A program made the position numbers and the translations under genes. Positions 1 through 10,069 of a stretch of DNA of 64,000 bases are shown here, in pieces. Position 1 is the stretch's first letter; each line of letters starts with the position of its first letter. Under the pieces are notes generated by a model that made no database searches, was not told the origin of the DNA, and saw only the letters and a list, made by a program, of their open reading frames with translations. Source of the DNA: Candidatus Bathyarchaeota archaeon (GTDB lineage: Archaea; Thermoproteota; Bathyarchaeia; Bathyarchaeales; Bathycorpusculaceae); NCBI GenBank assembly GCA_963772455.1, contig CAVYXJ010000007.1:32001-96000 (forward strand), written 5' to 3'.

Positions 1-83
1 TGGGCGTTGTTTTCTTGGTTGCAGGAACAATTTACTACTACGCACAAAGAAAGGTCAAGGACAAAGATGAGAAATTGAATTAG
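1..83 (+). CDS. 3' end of a membrane protein (partial)
   Basis: Open frame from position 3 reads GVVFLVAGTIYYYAQRKVKDKDEKLN*, with TAG at 81-83: a hydrophobic helix followed by a basic tail. Confidence 0.5.
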   Translation, partial: GVVFLVAGTIYYYAQRKVKDKDEKLN

Positions 84-134
84 GGTGCGATAAAGATTTA
101 AAGTTAAAATAGGGTTACGTGACAGGAAAAAGCG

Positions 135-854
135 ATGCCTATTAAAGCAGTCTTATTTGACATGTTCGATACACTCATGCTAATTGAAAAAAATCATGAG
201 TTCTACAGTCCTTCCCTTATTCGAATGTACAATTATCTGCACAAAAACGGCGTTGAGGTTCCCTTCGATAAATTTAATGAAGTGTACATCAAGGTTCGTG
301 ATGCACTTTATGTTGAGGCGGATTTAAATTGGGAAGAACCTCACTTTAATGTTCGCGTTTCAAAGACACTCAAAAACTTAGGCTATGATTATAACGTCTC
401 AAGTCCCATCGTAACTGAAGCTACTTACGAGTTTTGCGAAGAATTCATAAAGTATGTAAGAATAGATCAGAACGCCAAGGTAATGCTTGAGCAATTATTT
501 GGGAAATACAAATTAGGAATCGTTTCCAATTTTGCAATTCCTGAATGTGTTCTTAAACTCCTTAAAACTGAGGGTTTGGATGGGTTATTTAATGCGATAG
601 TGGTTTCTGGAGCAGTTAACAAGCGCAAACCAAGCCCAGAAATCTTTAAAGGCGCTTTGAAAATGCTCGGTGTATCTGCATCTGAAACAGTATTTGTCGG
701 CGACACTATCGATGCAGACGTTGAAGGTCCAAAAGCAATCGGCATGAAAGTAATTTACATAGAACGGCGTGAACAAAAGAAATCTGAGAAGTTTTGCCCT
801 GACCAGACAATTAAGAGCCTAAACGATTTACCTTTAGCGCTTGAGCGTTGCTGA
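135..854 (+). CDS. HAD-superfamily hydrolase
   Basis: Motif I FDMFDTL, IVSN, KPSPEIF and motif IV VGDTIDAD. Confidence 0.92.
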   Translation: MPIKAVLFDMFDTLMLIEKNHEFYSPSLIRMYNYLHKNGVEVPFDKFNEVYIKVRDALYVEADLNWEEPHFNVRVSKTLKNLGYDYNVSSPIVTEATYEFCEEFIKYVRIDQNAKVMLEQLFGKYKLGIVSNFAIPECVLKLLKTEGLDGLFNAIVVSGAVNKRKPSPEIFKGALKMLGVSASETVFVGDTIDADVEGPKAIGMKVIYIERREQKKSEKFCPDQTIKSLNDLPLALERC

Positions 855-1030
855 AATATCCAATTCACTAAATTAATTCTAAGAAAAAAAACTATTTTTA
901 CACCACCGCGGGTTTTTTAATTCCCGTGTTACTTTAGAAATTCTATTCCTTTTTCCAACCACATATAACTCTTCTAAAAAACAGAAAAACTTTATTTCCA
1001 AAGACACGAAAAGACAAAATGTGAAATAAC

Positions 1031-1528
1031 ATGTTGATTGGTGCAATTTCGGATTCGCATGATAATTTACCGCAAGTAGAAAAAGCTGTTCAAACTTTAA
1101 ACAATCAGAAAGTTGGTTTAGTGCTTCATGCCGGCGACTATGTATCTGGATTTGTAATTCCAAAATTTGAGGCTTTAAACTGCAAATTAATCGGTGTTTT
1201 TGGCAACAATGATGGTGACCATGAACTTTTAAAGAAACGTTTTGGCGAGACAAATAACTGTACAATCCACGACCGATTCACCACAGTGACTATAAAAGGC
1301 TACAGAATTGCCTTGCTCCATGGAAACGAAACTGAATTATTAAACGCTATAATCGACAGTGGATCCTTTGACGCAATAATTCATGGGCACTCACACAATT
1401 TGAGCATTGAGCGAAAAGGCAAAACATTATCAATAAACCCAGGGGAACTGTGCGGATACTTAACAACAAGATCCACCTTAGCTATTTTGGACACAGAAGA
1501 AAATGAAGCAATAATAATCGAATTATAA
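1031..1528 (+). CDS. Metallophosphoesterase, YfcE/MJ0936 family
   Basis: SDSHDN, HAGD, GNND, HG, GHSH and INPG motifs. Confidence 0.92.
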   Translation: MLIGAISDSHDNLPQVEKAVQTLNNQKVGLVLHAGDYVSGFVIPKFEALNCKLIGVFGNNDGDHELLKKRFGETNNCTIHDRFTTVTIKGYRIALLHGNETELLNAIIDSGSFDAIIHGHSHNLSIERKGKTLSINPGELCGYLTTRSTLAILDTEENEAIIIEL

Positions 1529-1752
1529 TTCCTCTGCCAAAAGGCTATTTATACCAAAAAACCTACTTTCAACAATTTCAATGGTTCATTATCCATTGAG
1601 AACCAATTAAGCATCCTTTTTGTGTAAACATGCGTAGTAAACCCAATGCTCCCCTAAGAGAAAGTTGCATTCTTTTAGGCGATTACCTATAAATCAAGTC
1701 AACCGTTTGTGTCTTTTCGCTTACTGCCAAACACAAAGGAATTGAAGACATA

Positions 1753-2514
1753 TTGGACCAAAACACAAACAATGAACCTCCAGAATTTATTAAAGCAGCT
1801 ATGAAACTCAAAAATGCCGTAGCCTACGAAAGCACAGGTAAATATGAAAGCGCACTTATGTCCCTTGAAGAAGCTCTAGTTATCCAACCAAACTACATTG
1901 ACGCTTGGATCATAAAAGGAGTAATTTATGGCAAACTAGGCAAGTATAGTGAAGCAATCAAAAGCTATGACAGAATAATAGGAATTGATTCGAATTTTGC
2001 AGATGCTTACCGACTTAAAGCAGCTACATTTACCGCATTGAATCAGAATGAGAAAGCCGTTGAATGCTTCTCAAAAGCCGTAGAGTTGGACCCTGCAAAC
2101 TTGGAGTATAGATTAAGTTTAGCTATCGCTCTTCAAAGACTCAAAAAGTATGAAGATGCACTCAAATGCTATGAAGAAGCGAAAAAACAAAGACCAACCG
2201 ACTCCAGATTCGACTACTACATTGGACTTATGTGGGGAAACCTGGCAGATTACCAAAAAGCGCTAGTTTCTTTTGAGCAAGCATTGCGACTTAACCCTGA
2301 TTTCACTGATGCACTACTTGGAAAAGGAATAATGCTTGCAAGGCTTAACAGAAAAGAAGAAGCAAAAGAATGCGCCGACAAACTATTAGAAAAAAAAGGA
2401 ACACAAGAAAAACAACAGACCATGATATCTCAATCTGAAAATGAATCCATTCGTAATGAATTTAACGCTGCCCAAAAAAGGTTCAAAACCAAATACTCTT
2501 CAAATTCAAGTTAA
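1753..2514 (+). CDS. Tetratricopeptide repeat protein
   Basis: About six 34-aa TPR units (DAW..KG..Y..LG.Y..A); TTG start. Confidence 0.9.
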   Translation: MDQNTNNEPPEFIKAAMKLKNAVAYESTGKYESALMSLEEALVIQPNYIDAWIIKGVIYGKLGKYSEAIKSYDRIIGIDSNFADAYRLKAATFTALNQNEKAVECFSKAVELDPANLEYRLSLAIALQRLKKYEDALKCYEEAKKQRPTDSRFDYYIGLMWGNLADYQKALVSFEQALRLNPDFTDALLGKGIMLARLNRKEEAKECADKLLEKKGTQEKQQTMISQSENESIRNEFNAAQKRFKTKYSSNSS

Positions 2515-2542
2515 TTGAAAACGCTAAACAAACCGACCTAAT

Positions 2543-3481
2543 CTATTGGAGGCCTTTATTGTAAGGCTCTCTTAGCAAGTTGGCTTTAACAAATATCTGT
2601 TTTAGTTCCTCATCGTTCGCTCCTTTGCGAATTGGCGTCAAAATATCAGTTAGATTGTCATTTCTCATCAGGCAGGGCTTAAGTTTGCCATCGCTTGTAA
2701 CGCGAAGTCGAGTGCAATGCATGCAGAAATCAGTATTTTCTATAGGTTTTACAACTTCAACAGTCGCATTTGGCAAATGGTAAATTAGACGGTTGTGCAT
2801 CTGGGGGCGTCTTTCGATTGAGATGGCTTTTTCTCGTAGCATATCTTCTTGTTCGTCGAGGCTTCGGTGGTGTTCGTTGTAGTATTTATCGCCGACGTTT
2901 ACAGGGTCAAGCTCGATAAGTTGTAACACTACGCCTGTTTTTCCCGCGTACTCTATTAAGTCTGGCACGTCACCAACGTTAACGTCTTTTAGAATAACCA
3001 TGTTAAGCTTAACTGGACAAAAACCAGCTTCAATAGCAGCTTTAACACCCTCCAATGCAGCTTCTAATTTTCCACCAGTCAACTTATGATAAGTATCTGG
3101 GTTAAGCGAAGGTAAACTAATATTTACACGCTTGAGCCCGCAGTCACGTAGCTTCTTGGCCATGCCATCTCCAAGCAACAACCCATTAGTTGTCAATGAT
3201 AGATCCTTTAAACCTGAAACCGCACCTATACCCGAAACGATTTCCGGCAGGTCCTTGCGCATGAGCGGTTCCCCGCCAGTCAACTTCACCCGCGAAATGC
3301 CTAAACCGATCGCTATTTTGGCAATATGAACAATTTCTTCAACCGACATTAACTCTGCTGAACGATTTGCCCGTTGCACTTCGCCCTCTCTGTGACAATA
3401 AGCACAGCGATTGTTACATCGTTGGGTAATTGAAATTCGCAGGTTAAGCAGTGGTCGACCACAATTGTCCATTAAATTCAT
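2543..3481 (-). CDS. moaA: GTP 3',8-cyclase (radical SAM)
   Basis: CNNRCAYC radical SAM motif, TGGEPL, C-terminal FCMHCTRLRVTSDGKLKPCL. Confidence 0.96.
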   Translation of the reverse strand: MNLMDNCGRPLLNLRISITQRCNNRCAYCHREGEVQRANRSAELMSVEEIVHIAKIAIGLGISRVKLTGGEPLMRKDLPEIVSGIGAVSGLKDLSLTTNGLLLGDGMAKKLRDCGLKRVNISLPSLNPDTYHKLTGGKLEAALEGVKAAIEAGFCPVKLNMVILKDVNVGDVPDLIEYAGKTGVVLQLIELDPVNVGDKYYNEHHRSLDEQEDMLREKAISIERRPQMHNRLIYHLPNATVEVVKPIENTDFCMHCTRLRVTSDGKLKPCLMRNDNLTDILTPIRKGANDEELKQIFVKANLLREPYNKGLQ

Positions 3482-3483
3482 CG

Positions 3484-4017
3484 TTATTCACGTGCGTGCT
3501 TAACGATGTGAGAAGCCTCGGGCAAAATAAGCATTTCGAGAGCAGTCTTCACAGCGTCAGGTGAACCTGGAATGCAAAAGAACACACGACCTTTAGCAAC
3601 CCCAGCTACCGCACGGGATAGAACCGCAGCTGAACCTACATGGTCAAAGCTTATTCTGCGGAAAAACTCGCCGAATCCCGGCAACGTTTTCTCAAGGAAC
3701 GGTGTCACCGTCTCAATTGTGATGTCGGTAGGGGTAATGCCTGTACCTCCTGAAAAGATGACTACATCCAAATTTTCCAAGCCCAACCCAAACATCGCTG
3801 CATCTTGAATCATAGTTTCATCGTCAGCGATAATCTTTTTAAAAAGGACCTTCTGACCTGCTTTCTCAATCAATTCCACTAACAGATCGCCACCTATGTC
3901 GCTGACTTCTTTTTCACCGGCTTCAATTTTGTTGTAGCGTGAAGTGCTGCAAATAAAAACTCCGAAATTCAATGTTTTAGGGGCTTTTAATTTATGTGAT
4001 TTAGAACTTTCGCTCAT
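3484..4017 (-). CDS. moaB: Molybdopterin adenylyltransferase, MoaB/MogA family
   Basis: SGGTGITPTDIT, LPGFGEFFR, SRAVAG and PGSP motifs; lies in a moa cluster. Confidence 0.92.
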   Translation of the reverse strand: MSESSKSHKLKAPKTLNFGVFICSTSRYNKIEAGEKEVSDIGGDLLVELIEKAGQKVLFKKIIADDETMIQDAAMFGLGLENLDVVIFSGGTGITPTDITIETVTPFLEKTLPGFGEFFRRISFDHVGSAAVLSRAVAGVAKGRVFFCIPGSPDAVKTALEMLILPEASHIVKHARE

Positions 4018-4020
4018 TGA

Positions 4021-4452
4021 TTATGCCTGCTTATATTTTTTAACTACGTGAATATTTTCAATTGCCGTCGAAGGATACTGACCTCCGGCATCTTTTTCAT
4101 ATTGTTTGGTCATGTCCCAAACAGTCAGCAATGCCATGGAAACAGCGGTTAATGCTTCCATCTCAACACCAGTCTGGGCTCTGGTTTTAACCGTAGCTGA
4201 AGCTGTTACTGTGTGTTCATCCTCTACTTTCACTTCTACTTCAACATTAGTTAACGGCAATGGATGACAAAGGGGAATCAAATCGCTAGTTCTTTTAGCC
4301 GCCAATACACCTGCAATCTTTGCCGTATAGAGAGGGTCACCTTTAGCTATTTTTCCATCCTGAACCAAACGAATCGTCTCTGTCTTCAACTTTATCGAGC
4401 CAGTCGCGGTTGCTTCTCTAAAGACCTCCGCTTTGCGTGAAACATCAACCAT
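4021..4452 (-). CDS. moaC: Cyclic pyranopterin monophosphate synthase
   Basis: MVDVS.K, KGD, LIPLCHP and TGVEMEAL. Start placed at ATG 4452; TTG 4458 and the ORF-track start 4482 are alternatives. Confidence 0.95.
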   Translation of the reverse strand: MVDVSRKAEVFREATATGSIKLKTETIRLVQDGKIAKGDPLYTAKIAGVLAAKRTSDLIPLCHPLPLTNVEVEVKVEDEHTVTASATVKTRAQTGVEMEALTAVSMALLTVWDMTKQYEKDAGGQYPSTAIENIHVVKKYKQA

Positions 4453-4471
4453 AGCCAATTTTAAATCAACT

Positions 4472-4738
4472 CTATTTATCATGTTCCCAAGCGTCTATTA
4501 GGTTTTGCACTGCTTTAGCCTTTACTGAGCCTTCATTAAACCTATACATTCGAACTCGACCATATTTGTACTCGCGTAAAATTCCTTCAGACTCAAGAAC
4601 CTTTAAGTGGCCAGAGGTCGAGGCAAAATTGAGTTTTAAGCGCCTAGCAACGTCGGAGACGTTAAGTTGTCCCAGTTGGTAGATGAGTTTTAGGATTTTC
4701 ATTCGGGATTTCGAAGAGAAGACTTCTTCCAGCTCCAT
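4472..4738 (-). CDS. Small winged-helix (ArsR-like) DNA-binding protein
   Basis: SKSRMKIL...LNVSDVARRL...HLKVLESEGIL wHTH pattern; directly follows cdc6. Confidence 0.85.
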   Translation of the reverse strand: MELEEVFSSKSRMKILKLIYQLGQLNVSDVARRLKLNFASTSGHLKVLESEGILREYKYGRVRMYRFNEGSVKAKAVQNLIDAWEHDK

Positions 4739-4739
4739 G

Positions 4740-5930
4740 CTAAGCCCGTCCTTTTTCTGCTTGCAAACTCGCAGATAATTCCTTCTCTAATTCACCTGCA
4801 GGTATGGCTGGCAGGGAAATCCTTGTTGTTCGTCCACGCGTCTCTGCTGTTGTAACCTCAGTTTTTAAAATACCAAGCTTCGAGAGATACTGTGCGTAAT
4901 TCCAAATTTGGGTGTGACCGTTGGGTTTCTCATCGAATTCTTCGCAGGCAACCGCGTAGTCTTTTTCAGTTTCAGATAAAGAAACGTAAGCCTGCTCGTT
5001 TTCCTTGAAGAAACGTGCGACTGCAAGCAGGAACAATTTTTCATGCAGACCCAGAGAAGCCAGCTCGCTTCGACGTAAACTAGGAATAATACTTGAAACC
5101 GCTATCCGCACAAATTCTGGTCCCACACAACCGGCATCTTCAGCATCTGCGTATTTGCCCGATCGCCACAACAACTCAATCCCAAACCTAGCGTTCCCTG
5201 TTTCAGAGAAAGCCAACTCCGAAATCAAATCAACAACATCCTCAGGCACTGTGCCAAGTTCGAAAGCCATTGCAACGCGGTCATTTAGGATGTCAACAAG
5301 CTGAGATTTGCCATACCGATCTAAACAAATGATGCTGCGTTGCAGAGTGCTTCTGGCGCTCTCATCAAGCTGCTCAATCGCTTTCAAGTCACGCATAATA
5401 AAAATAAACGATAACCGCTGGGGTTTGCCTTGCCGCATCTCCTGCAACCGCGTCAATTTGTAAACAGCATCTGAACCTTCCTTCTCAATTAAAGCATCAA
5501 ACTCGTCAAGAGTAAGAATCATTTGTGCGTTTTCTTCATCCAAAACCTGCATCAATGTTCCAAGGATTTCTTCAGAGCCATATCCTCGGGATGGATAGTT
5601 TGGGCGAAAAACAGTGACAGCTCGATGCAAGATTGGCGAGAGACTCCCACGGTACTCGCGGCAATTAACGTGGACATAACGGAATTTCATGCCCCGCTTG
5701 TTGGCTTCGGATGTGATGCTTGAGCCAAAGTGTTGAGCAAGAGCAGTTTTTCCTGTTCCAACATCACCAGTCAAAATGACTCGCTGAGCCATTTTTTCAG
5801 GACACCTCAAGATAAAGTTGAAGAATTCCGATAGGAGTCGATGTTGCGTTTCGCGATGAGGCAACTTGTGTGGAATGTAGTTTATGTCAAGTTTGGATTC
5901 GTCTTTGAAAACGCTTTGTTGCGGAGCCAC
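4740..5930 (-). CDS. cdc6: Orc1/Cdc6 replication initiator
   Basis: YIPHKLPHRE, Walker A GDVGTGKT, HVNC, Walker B LDEFD, GNAR sensor, C-terminal wHTH with RGRT. Confidence 0.95.
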   Translation of the reverse strand: MAPQQSVFKDESKLDINYIPHKLPHRETQHRLLSEFFNFILRCPEKMAQRVILTGDVGTGKTALAQHFGSSITSEANKRGMKFRYVHVNCREYRGSLSPILHRAVTVFRPNYPSRGYGSEEILGTLMQVLDEENAQMILTLDEFDALIEKEGSDAVYKLTRLQEMRQGKPQRLSFIFIMRDLKAIEQLDESARSTLQRSIICLDRYGKSQLVDILNDRVAMAFELGTVPEDVVDLISELAFSETGNARFGIELLWRSGKYADAEDAGCVGPEFVRIAVSSIIPSLRRSELASLGLHEKLFLLAVARFFKENEQAYVSLSETEKDYAVACEEFDEKPNGHTQIWNYAQYLSKLGILKTEVTTAETRGRTTRISLPAIPAGELEKELSASLQAEKGRA

Positions 5931-6032
5931 TTACATTCCTCAAGATACAGTGTATTGTTTTTTGGGTAATATTATGTTTTAAAACAAAAGCCTAATAAAT
6001 ACATTCAGCAATCTCTATTTTCCGACACCGAA

Positions 6033-6599
6033 ATGATACCAAGATACTTCTTTTTCACTAAAGGAGTTGGCAAACATAAAGAGCAACTCCAATCTTTCGA
6101 ATTAGCCCTGCGAGATGCAGGCATACAAATGTGCAACTTGGTTGCTGTATCAAGCATTGTCCCCCCTGGATGCGAATTACTCACACGGGAAAAAGGCTTA
6201 AAGATGATCCAACCCGGCGAAATCACCTTTGTCGTTATCGCCCGTAACGCAACCAATGAACCCCACAGGCTCGTCGCATCTTCAGTCGGCGTCGCTATTC
6301 CCTCAGGCAAAAACCAATATGGTTACCTCTCAGAACACCACTCCAATGGACAAACCGACGAAACCGCGGGCGACTATGCAGAAGACTTAGCAGCAACCAT
6401 GCTGGCAACAACCATGGGTATTCAATTCGATCCTGAAACTGCATGGGACGAACGCAAACAACTTTTCAAAACCACTGGGCTAATCATCAAAACAGCTAAC
6501 ATAACCCAATCCGCAGCAGGCGACAAAAACGGCTTATGGACCACCACTGTAGCAGCAGCAGTTTTTGTTCCGGCAGAAAACAACAAACTAAAAGAATAA
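6033..6599 (+). CDS. pdaD: Pyruvoyl-dependent arginine decarboxylase
   Basis: [22 protein letters not shown] (Ser-Ser self-cleavage site), YGYLSEH. Confidence 0.93.
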   Translation: MIPRYFFFTKGVGKHKEQLQSFELALRDAGIQMCNLVAVSSIVPPGCELLTREKGLKMIQPGEITFVVIARNATNEPHRLVASSVGVAIPSGKNQYGYLSEHHSNGQTDETAGDYAEDLAATMLATTMGIQFDPETAWDERKQLFKTTGLIIKTANITQSAAGDKNGLWTTTVAAAVFVPAENNKLKE

Positions 6600-6753
6600 T
6601 CAAACAAAAGGCAAGGCAATTTTTTCGTAGATCTTGCATATTTTTTGACATTAAGTGATATTGATTTTTTAAAACAATCGTCAGCCATTGAAACGCTTAC
6701 CGTAGAAACTTCTTATCCATCCTCAAGCAATAAGACCAAACGAGGAAGCAAAA

Positions 6754-7200
6754 ATTAGCGAAACCATAGAGTTCCCGAAGAAACTTGTTATATACGGTAA
6801 CTTTGCTGTTGCTCTGTGGATTGTGTTAGATATCATAGGTTTTCTTCTGTTTGACATCGTGGCCAGCGTATTATTTCTCTTGGTTGTAGTAATCGGCATT
6901 TATGGCATCCTAAAATTCCTCGGTTGCCTTAGACCCTGTTACAACTGCAAAAAATGCACATTTGGCATGGGCAGAATAGCTGTATTATATTTTGGGAAAC
7001 GAAGCCTCAAAGACTATACAAAAACATATGGTTTACTAGTAGCTATCTTCTTCTACATTCTGTTGGGTCCATTTCCAGCAGCAGTATCATTCTTTTCCTC
7101 TGTTCAATCGTTTACGATTCTAAAAGTTGGGGTTCTTGCTGGACAACTGTTGATTTCAGTTTATAGCGCATTAACTTGGCGAACAATCAACAAATCGTAA
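6754..7200 (+). CDS. Hypothetical membrane protein with Cys cluster (CxxxCxxCxxC)
   Basis: Several hydrophobic helices and GCLRPCYNCKKC. The ORF track starts at GTG 6823, but the frame is open to ATT 6754, which follows GAGGA. Confidence 0.65.
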   Translation: MSETIEFPKKLVIYGNFAVALWIVLDIIGFLLFDIVASVLFLLVVVIGIYGILKFLGCLRPCYNCKKCTFGMGRIAVLYFGKRSLKDYTKTYGLLVAIFFYILLGPFPAAVSFFSSVQSFTILKVGVLAGQLLISVYSALTWRTINKS

Positions 7201-7216
7201 ACTTTGAATTAAGCCT

Positions 7217-7996
7217 CTATTGGAAGAACTGCTCCAACTTTGAGGTCTCGGTCTTCTTAAGCACTTCAGCACAGACTTTTGGATCCAGCGCCTTATATTC
7301 CAAACCAAGCGTAGCAAGCAACCTTTGGACATCCTTACCCAAACTAGGTGCAACCAACACAGCCCTGACCTCCCTGTTAACTTTAGCTTTGATAGGTTCA
7401 ACATATTTAGCCAACTGAAGGGCAGCCTCTTTGGATGCTGTTTTACGCTTAACTTCCACTATAACGAGTTTGCCGTTTTTATCTTCTCCATAGATATCCA
7501 CAAAGCCAGGCTCAACTTTTTTCTCCCAACTAATCGGCTTAAAGCCTTCTTCAAGAAGTTCAGGTTTAAGAAGAATCGCACGGTGCATATCATCCTCACT
7601 AGCATTTAAGAGAAATTCCCCTGAATCCAGCAGGTTAAGCGAAGAAACCATGAAAACATTGGCGAAGGTCACGCGAACAATTTCACGTGGCTTCTGGCGA
7701 ACTCCATGAACTTCAAGTCCGTCGGACTTGATTTCGACATGGAAGATGCCGCCTGAGGGTTGCCAGTTAACTGGTTCATAACCTACTGGTCGATGGACCA
7801 AGAGTGAGCCGTCGGATTTGATGATAAGGAGACGTTCGCCTTGTTCCAGCGTTGAAGTTGCTCTACCAACGTAGTGCACATGACATGTGCCTGCGACAAC
7901 TAAGGTTCTTCGCTGGGCAAAAGCCTTCTCAATTAGTACTGCGGCTTCTGCTAATGTAGGTTCCGTTAAGACCGCGAGTTTGTTTGGATGTTGCAT
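7217..7996 (-). CDS. nucS: Endonuclease NucS/EndoMS
   Basis: YVGRA, IKSDGSLLVH, PVNWQP, and RecB-like VD...EVKR...QL.KY. Start placed at ATG 7996 to avoid overlap with the divergent gene. Confidence 0.93.
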   Translation of the reverse strand: MQHPNKLAVLTEPTLAEAAVLIEKAFAQRRTLVVAGTCHVHYVGRATSTLEQGERLLIIKSDGSLLVHRPVGYEPVNWQPSGGIFHVEIKSDGLEVHGVRQKPREIVRVTFANVFMVSSLNLLDSGEFLLNASEDDMHRAILLKPELLEEGFKPISWEKKVEPGFVDIYGEDKNGKLVIVEVKRKTASKEAALQLAKYVEPIKAKVNREVRAVLVAPSLGKDVQRLLATLGLEYKALDPKVCAEVLKKTETSKLEQFFQ

Positions 7997-8058
7997 TCTG
8001 TTTTCGCCAACTATTTTAGGCAGGCATTGGGTACATAAGAATTCTTGAAGGATTAGCA

Positions 8059-8607
8059 TTGGCTGATTGGAAAGATAAGCGCAAAATAATGCAGCGTTAT
8101 GATGTAACGGCTGAAATGTACGATGAGCGCTATGCACAAGAGCAGCAAAGAAAGTACAAAAAAGCCTTGGAAAACGTCTATGTGTCTGGCAAGACAGTTT
8201 TGGATGTTGGTTGTGGTTCAGGATTGTTCTTTAAAGAAGTTGCAACTCAAGCAAGTTTGGTTATAGGCGTTGATGTTTCACTTAAACTGCTTCTTAAAGC
8301 CAAAGAGCAAGGCAGAGCTTTTTCAAACGTTGCAGTTTTGCAGGCCGACGCTGACCACTTGCCATTTAGGGATGGATTGTTTGGAGCTGTTTTTGCTTTT
8401 ACGGTGCTCCAGAATGTGCCCAAACCAGCTCAAACCTTAAAAGAGCTAAAGCGAGTTGTCCAAAAAGGCGAAAAGATTGTGGCGACGGGACTTAAAAAGG
8501 CGTTTCCGCTTAATTCTTTTATCGATTTTCTTGATGATTCAGGTTTGATCGTGACTGCTTTTGTGGATGATGAAGCGATTAATTGTTATATCGCAATTTT
8601 AGTATAG
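8059..8607 (+). CDS. Class I SAM-dependent methyltransferase (small-molecule type)
   Basis: VLDVGCGSG, GVDVS, ADADHLPF. Confidence 0.88.
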   Translation: MADWKDKRKIMQRYDVTAEMYDERYAQEQQRKYKKALENVYVSGKTVLDVGCGSGLFFKEVATQASLVIGVDVSLKLLLKAKEQGRAFSNVAVLQADADHLPFRDGLFGAVFAFTVLQNVPKPAQTLKELKRVVQKGEKIVATGLKKAFPLNSFIDFLDDSGLIVTAFVDDEAINCYIAILV

Positions 8608-8624
8608 TTATTTCTTCCCAAGCA

Positions 8625-9245
8625 CTAGTTTTCTTCAGGTTCGGTCTCGTCTTGCTCAGGTTTTGGTTCAGCTGCTTCTTCAGTTTGTTTTTCAGCTGAA
8701 AGCAACATATCGATTAAGGCTTTCTGGTCAACCTCTGCTCTCGTTCTCCAATCCAAGAACAATTGTCCCTTCTCATCTTGCATTAGATAGCCATAGCGAA
8801 TATAGCGGTCAAGGTTTAGTCCAATTTTCCAATTCGGCATCTTCTCTCCCAGCATTTTTTCAACATCTTTTCGTGCCGTTTGCCCTTTTTTACTAATGAT
8901 AAAAGAAATAGTTATTGCTAAACCTGCTAAATCGTCAATACGCCAACCCATCAACTTATCCTTAACTACCGAACCAGTGGATAATGCAACAAAGAATCTT
9001 GCTTTATCAAGCTCTTCGATTGTTGGTTTTTCAGGAGTTTTTTCTTCTTCAAAAACTGTTTTTACCTGCAAATCCAGAGGTTTCAGATAATCTTCAAGTA
9101 AATCGAGCACTTTGGGATAATCTGAACCCAACGCCTTACGCAATTCCCAGCCTTTTACACCGGGTTTTTGATGTCGCTTGTAGAAGAGCATCTGGGTTGC
9201 TTTCTTGACTTTGCTGCTGTAGACGCCTTTTTTCTTGCTGCTCAA
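8625..9245 (-). CDS. Tandem winged-helix KITE-like protein (Nse1/ScpB-like)
   Basis: Third gene of the SMC-like operon. The C-terminal LDRYIRYGYL...GQLFLDWRTRAEVD resembles the Nse1 second wHTH. Start is TTG 9245 after AGGAG, overlapping the upstream stop; the ORF track gives 9275. Confidence 0.6.
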   Translation of the reverse strand: MSSKKKGVYSSKVKKATQMLFYKRHQKPGVKGWELRKALGSDYPKVLDLLEDYLKPLDLQVKTVFEEEKTPEKPTIEELDKARFFVALSTGSVVKDKLMGWRIDDLAGLAITISFIISKKGQTARKDVEKMLGEKMPNWKIGLNLDRYIRYGYLMQDEKGQLFLDWRTRAEVDQKALIDMLLSAEKQTEEAAEPKPEQDETEPEEN

Positions 9246-10069
9246 ATTTGTTCTCCTCGTTTCCATTTTTGCCAATCTTCAACCGATACCGCTAACGCAA
9301 CAGAGGTAGACTGCTCTGTTAATGCTTCTTTGCGGGGTTTATCAAATGGCAGGATGAAGACTGTTTCTTCTAATCGGTCAATCTCCAATGTCGCGTAACC
9401 ATAAGTAATTAAGAAGCTAGTCAAGAATGCGCGTTGCACTGTTTCATCGTATGTGTCTGAGCCGATGAAATTCCAATATGCAATCTTGCCATCTACGCCT
9501 TTTTCAAAAGTTTTGTTTTTCAATTCTTGCCAGTAACATTCCAGTTCCTCAGAAAATTCTTTCTCTCCTAAAACTCGTTGCTTGACAAGTTCACCTCGAC
9601 TAACAGAGCCCATTGCAACTTCTAAGACATCTATGTCTTTCCATCTGTCACCCATAGGAGCCAACGCATTCCAATACAGCAAGCCCTGCGCCAAGCTGTG
9701 AAGGCTAAGTTGCTCAAACTCAATAAGTGGACTCCAAGCACCTAGAAAAACATCAACCATCCCTTGTTTGCTAGTCTGGCGGATTTTCTCTTCCAACAAG
9801 AAAGGATCAGTGTAAAGAGAGTTAGATCTCTGTTTGACCCATTCACTTTGCATCTTTATTACTGAAGCTAAGTGGTGTAAAGCTTCAGCGTCAAGTTTTA
9901 GTTCATCAGGGTTTTCCCAATTCGGAAAATAATCCCTAACTATCTTAATAATTTCGTCAACATTTAATGTGAAGGGTTCAACTGTATGGTTTTCGATGGC
10001 TAAGCACATTTCAATAATGCGTTCCAGCTTTTCTTTTCCTAGCTTCTTATCATGTTTAGTTGTCTGCAT
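9242..10069 (-). CDS. Kleisin-like (ScpA-like) SMC partner
   Basis: N-terminal VEPFTLNVDEI resembles ScpA DPWDIDI, followed by A..L..KS-like SVIKMQSE and a C-terminal wHTH (FLTSFLITYGYATL). Translationally coupled to the SMC gene. Confidence 0.65.
   Translation of the reverse strand: MQTTKHDKKLGKEKLERIIEMCLAIENHTVEPFTLNVDEIIKIVRDYFPNWENPDELKLDAEALHHLASVIKMQSEWVKQRSNSLYTDPFLLEEKIRQTSKQGMVDVFLGAWSPLIEFEQLSLHSLAQGLLYWNALAPMGDRWKDIDVLEVAMGSVSRGELVKQRVLGEKEFSEELECYWQELKNKTFEKGVDGKIAYWNFIGSDTYDETVQRAFLTSFLITYGYATLEIDRLEETVFILPFDKPRKEALTEQSTSVALAVSVEDWQKWKRGEQI

Noticed and set aside
899-912. CCCGCGGTGGTGTA on the minus strand resembles a tRNA 5' end
   Set aside because: No D-arm completion, anticodon arm or T-arm follows.
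5931-6032. Replication origin next to cdc6
   Set aside because: The intergenic region is only about 100 bp and shows no convincing repeated ORB elements.
7217-8607. nucS plus the divergent methyltransferase as a restriction-modification pair
   Set aside because: The methyltransferase has small-molecule class I motifs and no DPPY/SPPY or PCQ motif; NucS is a mismatch-repair nuclease.
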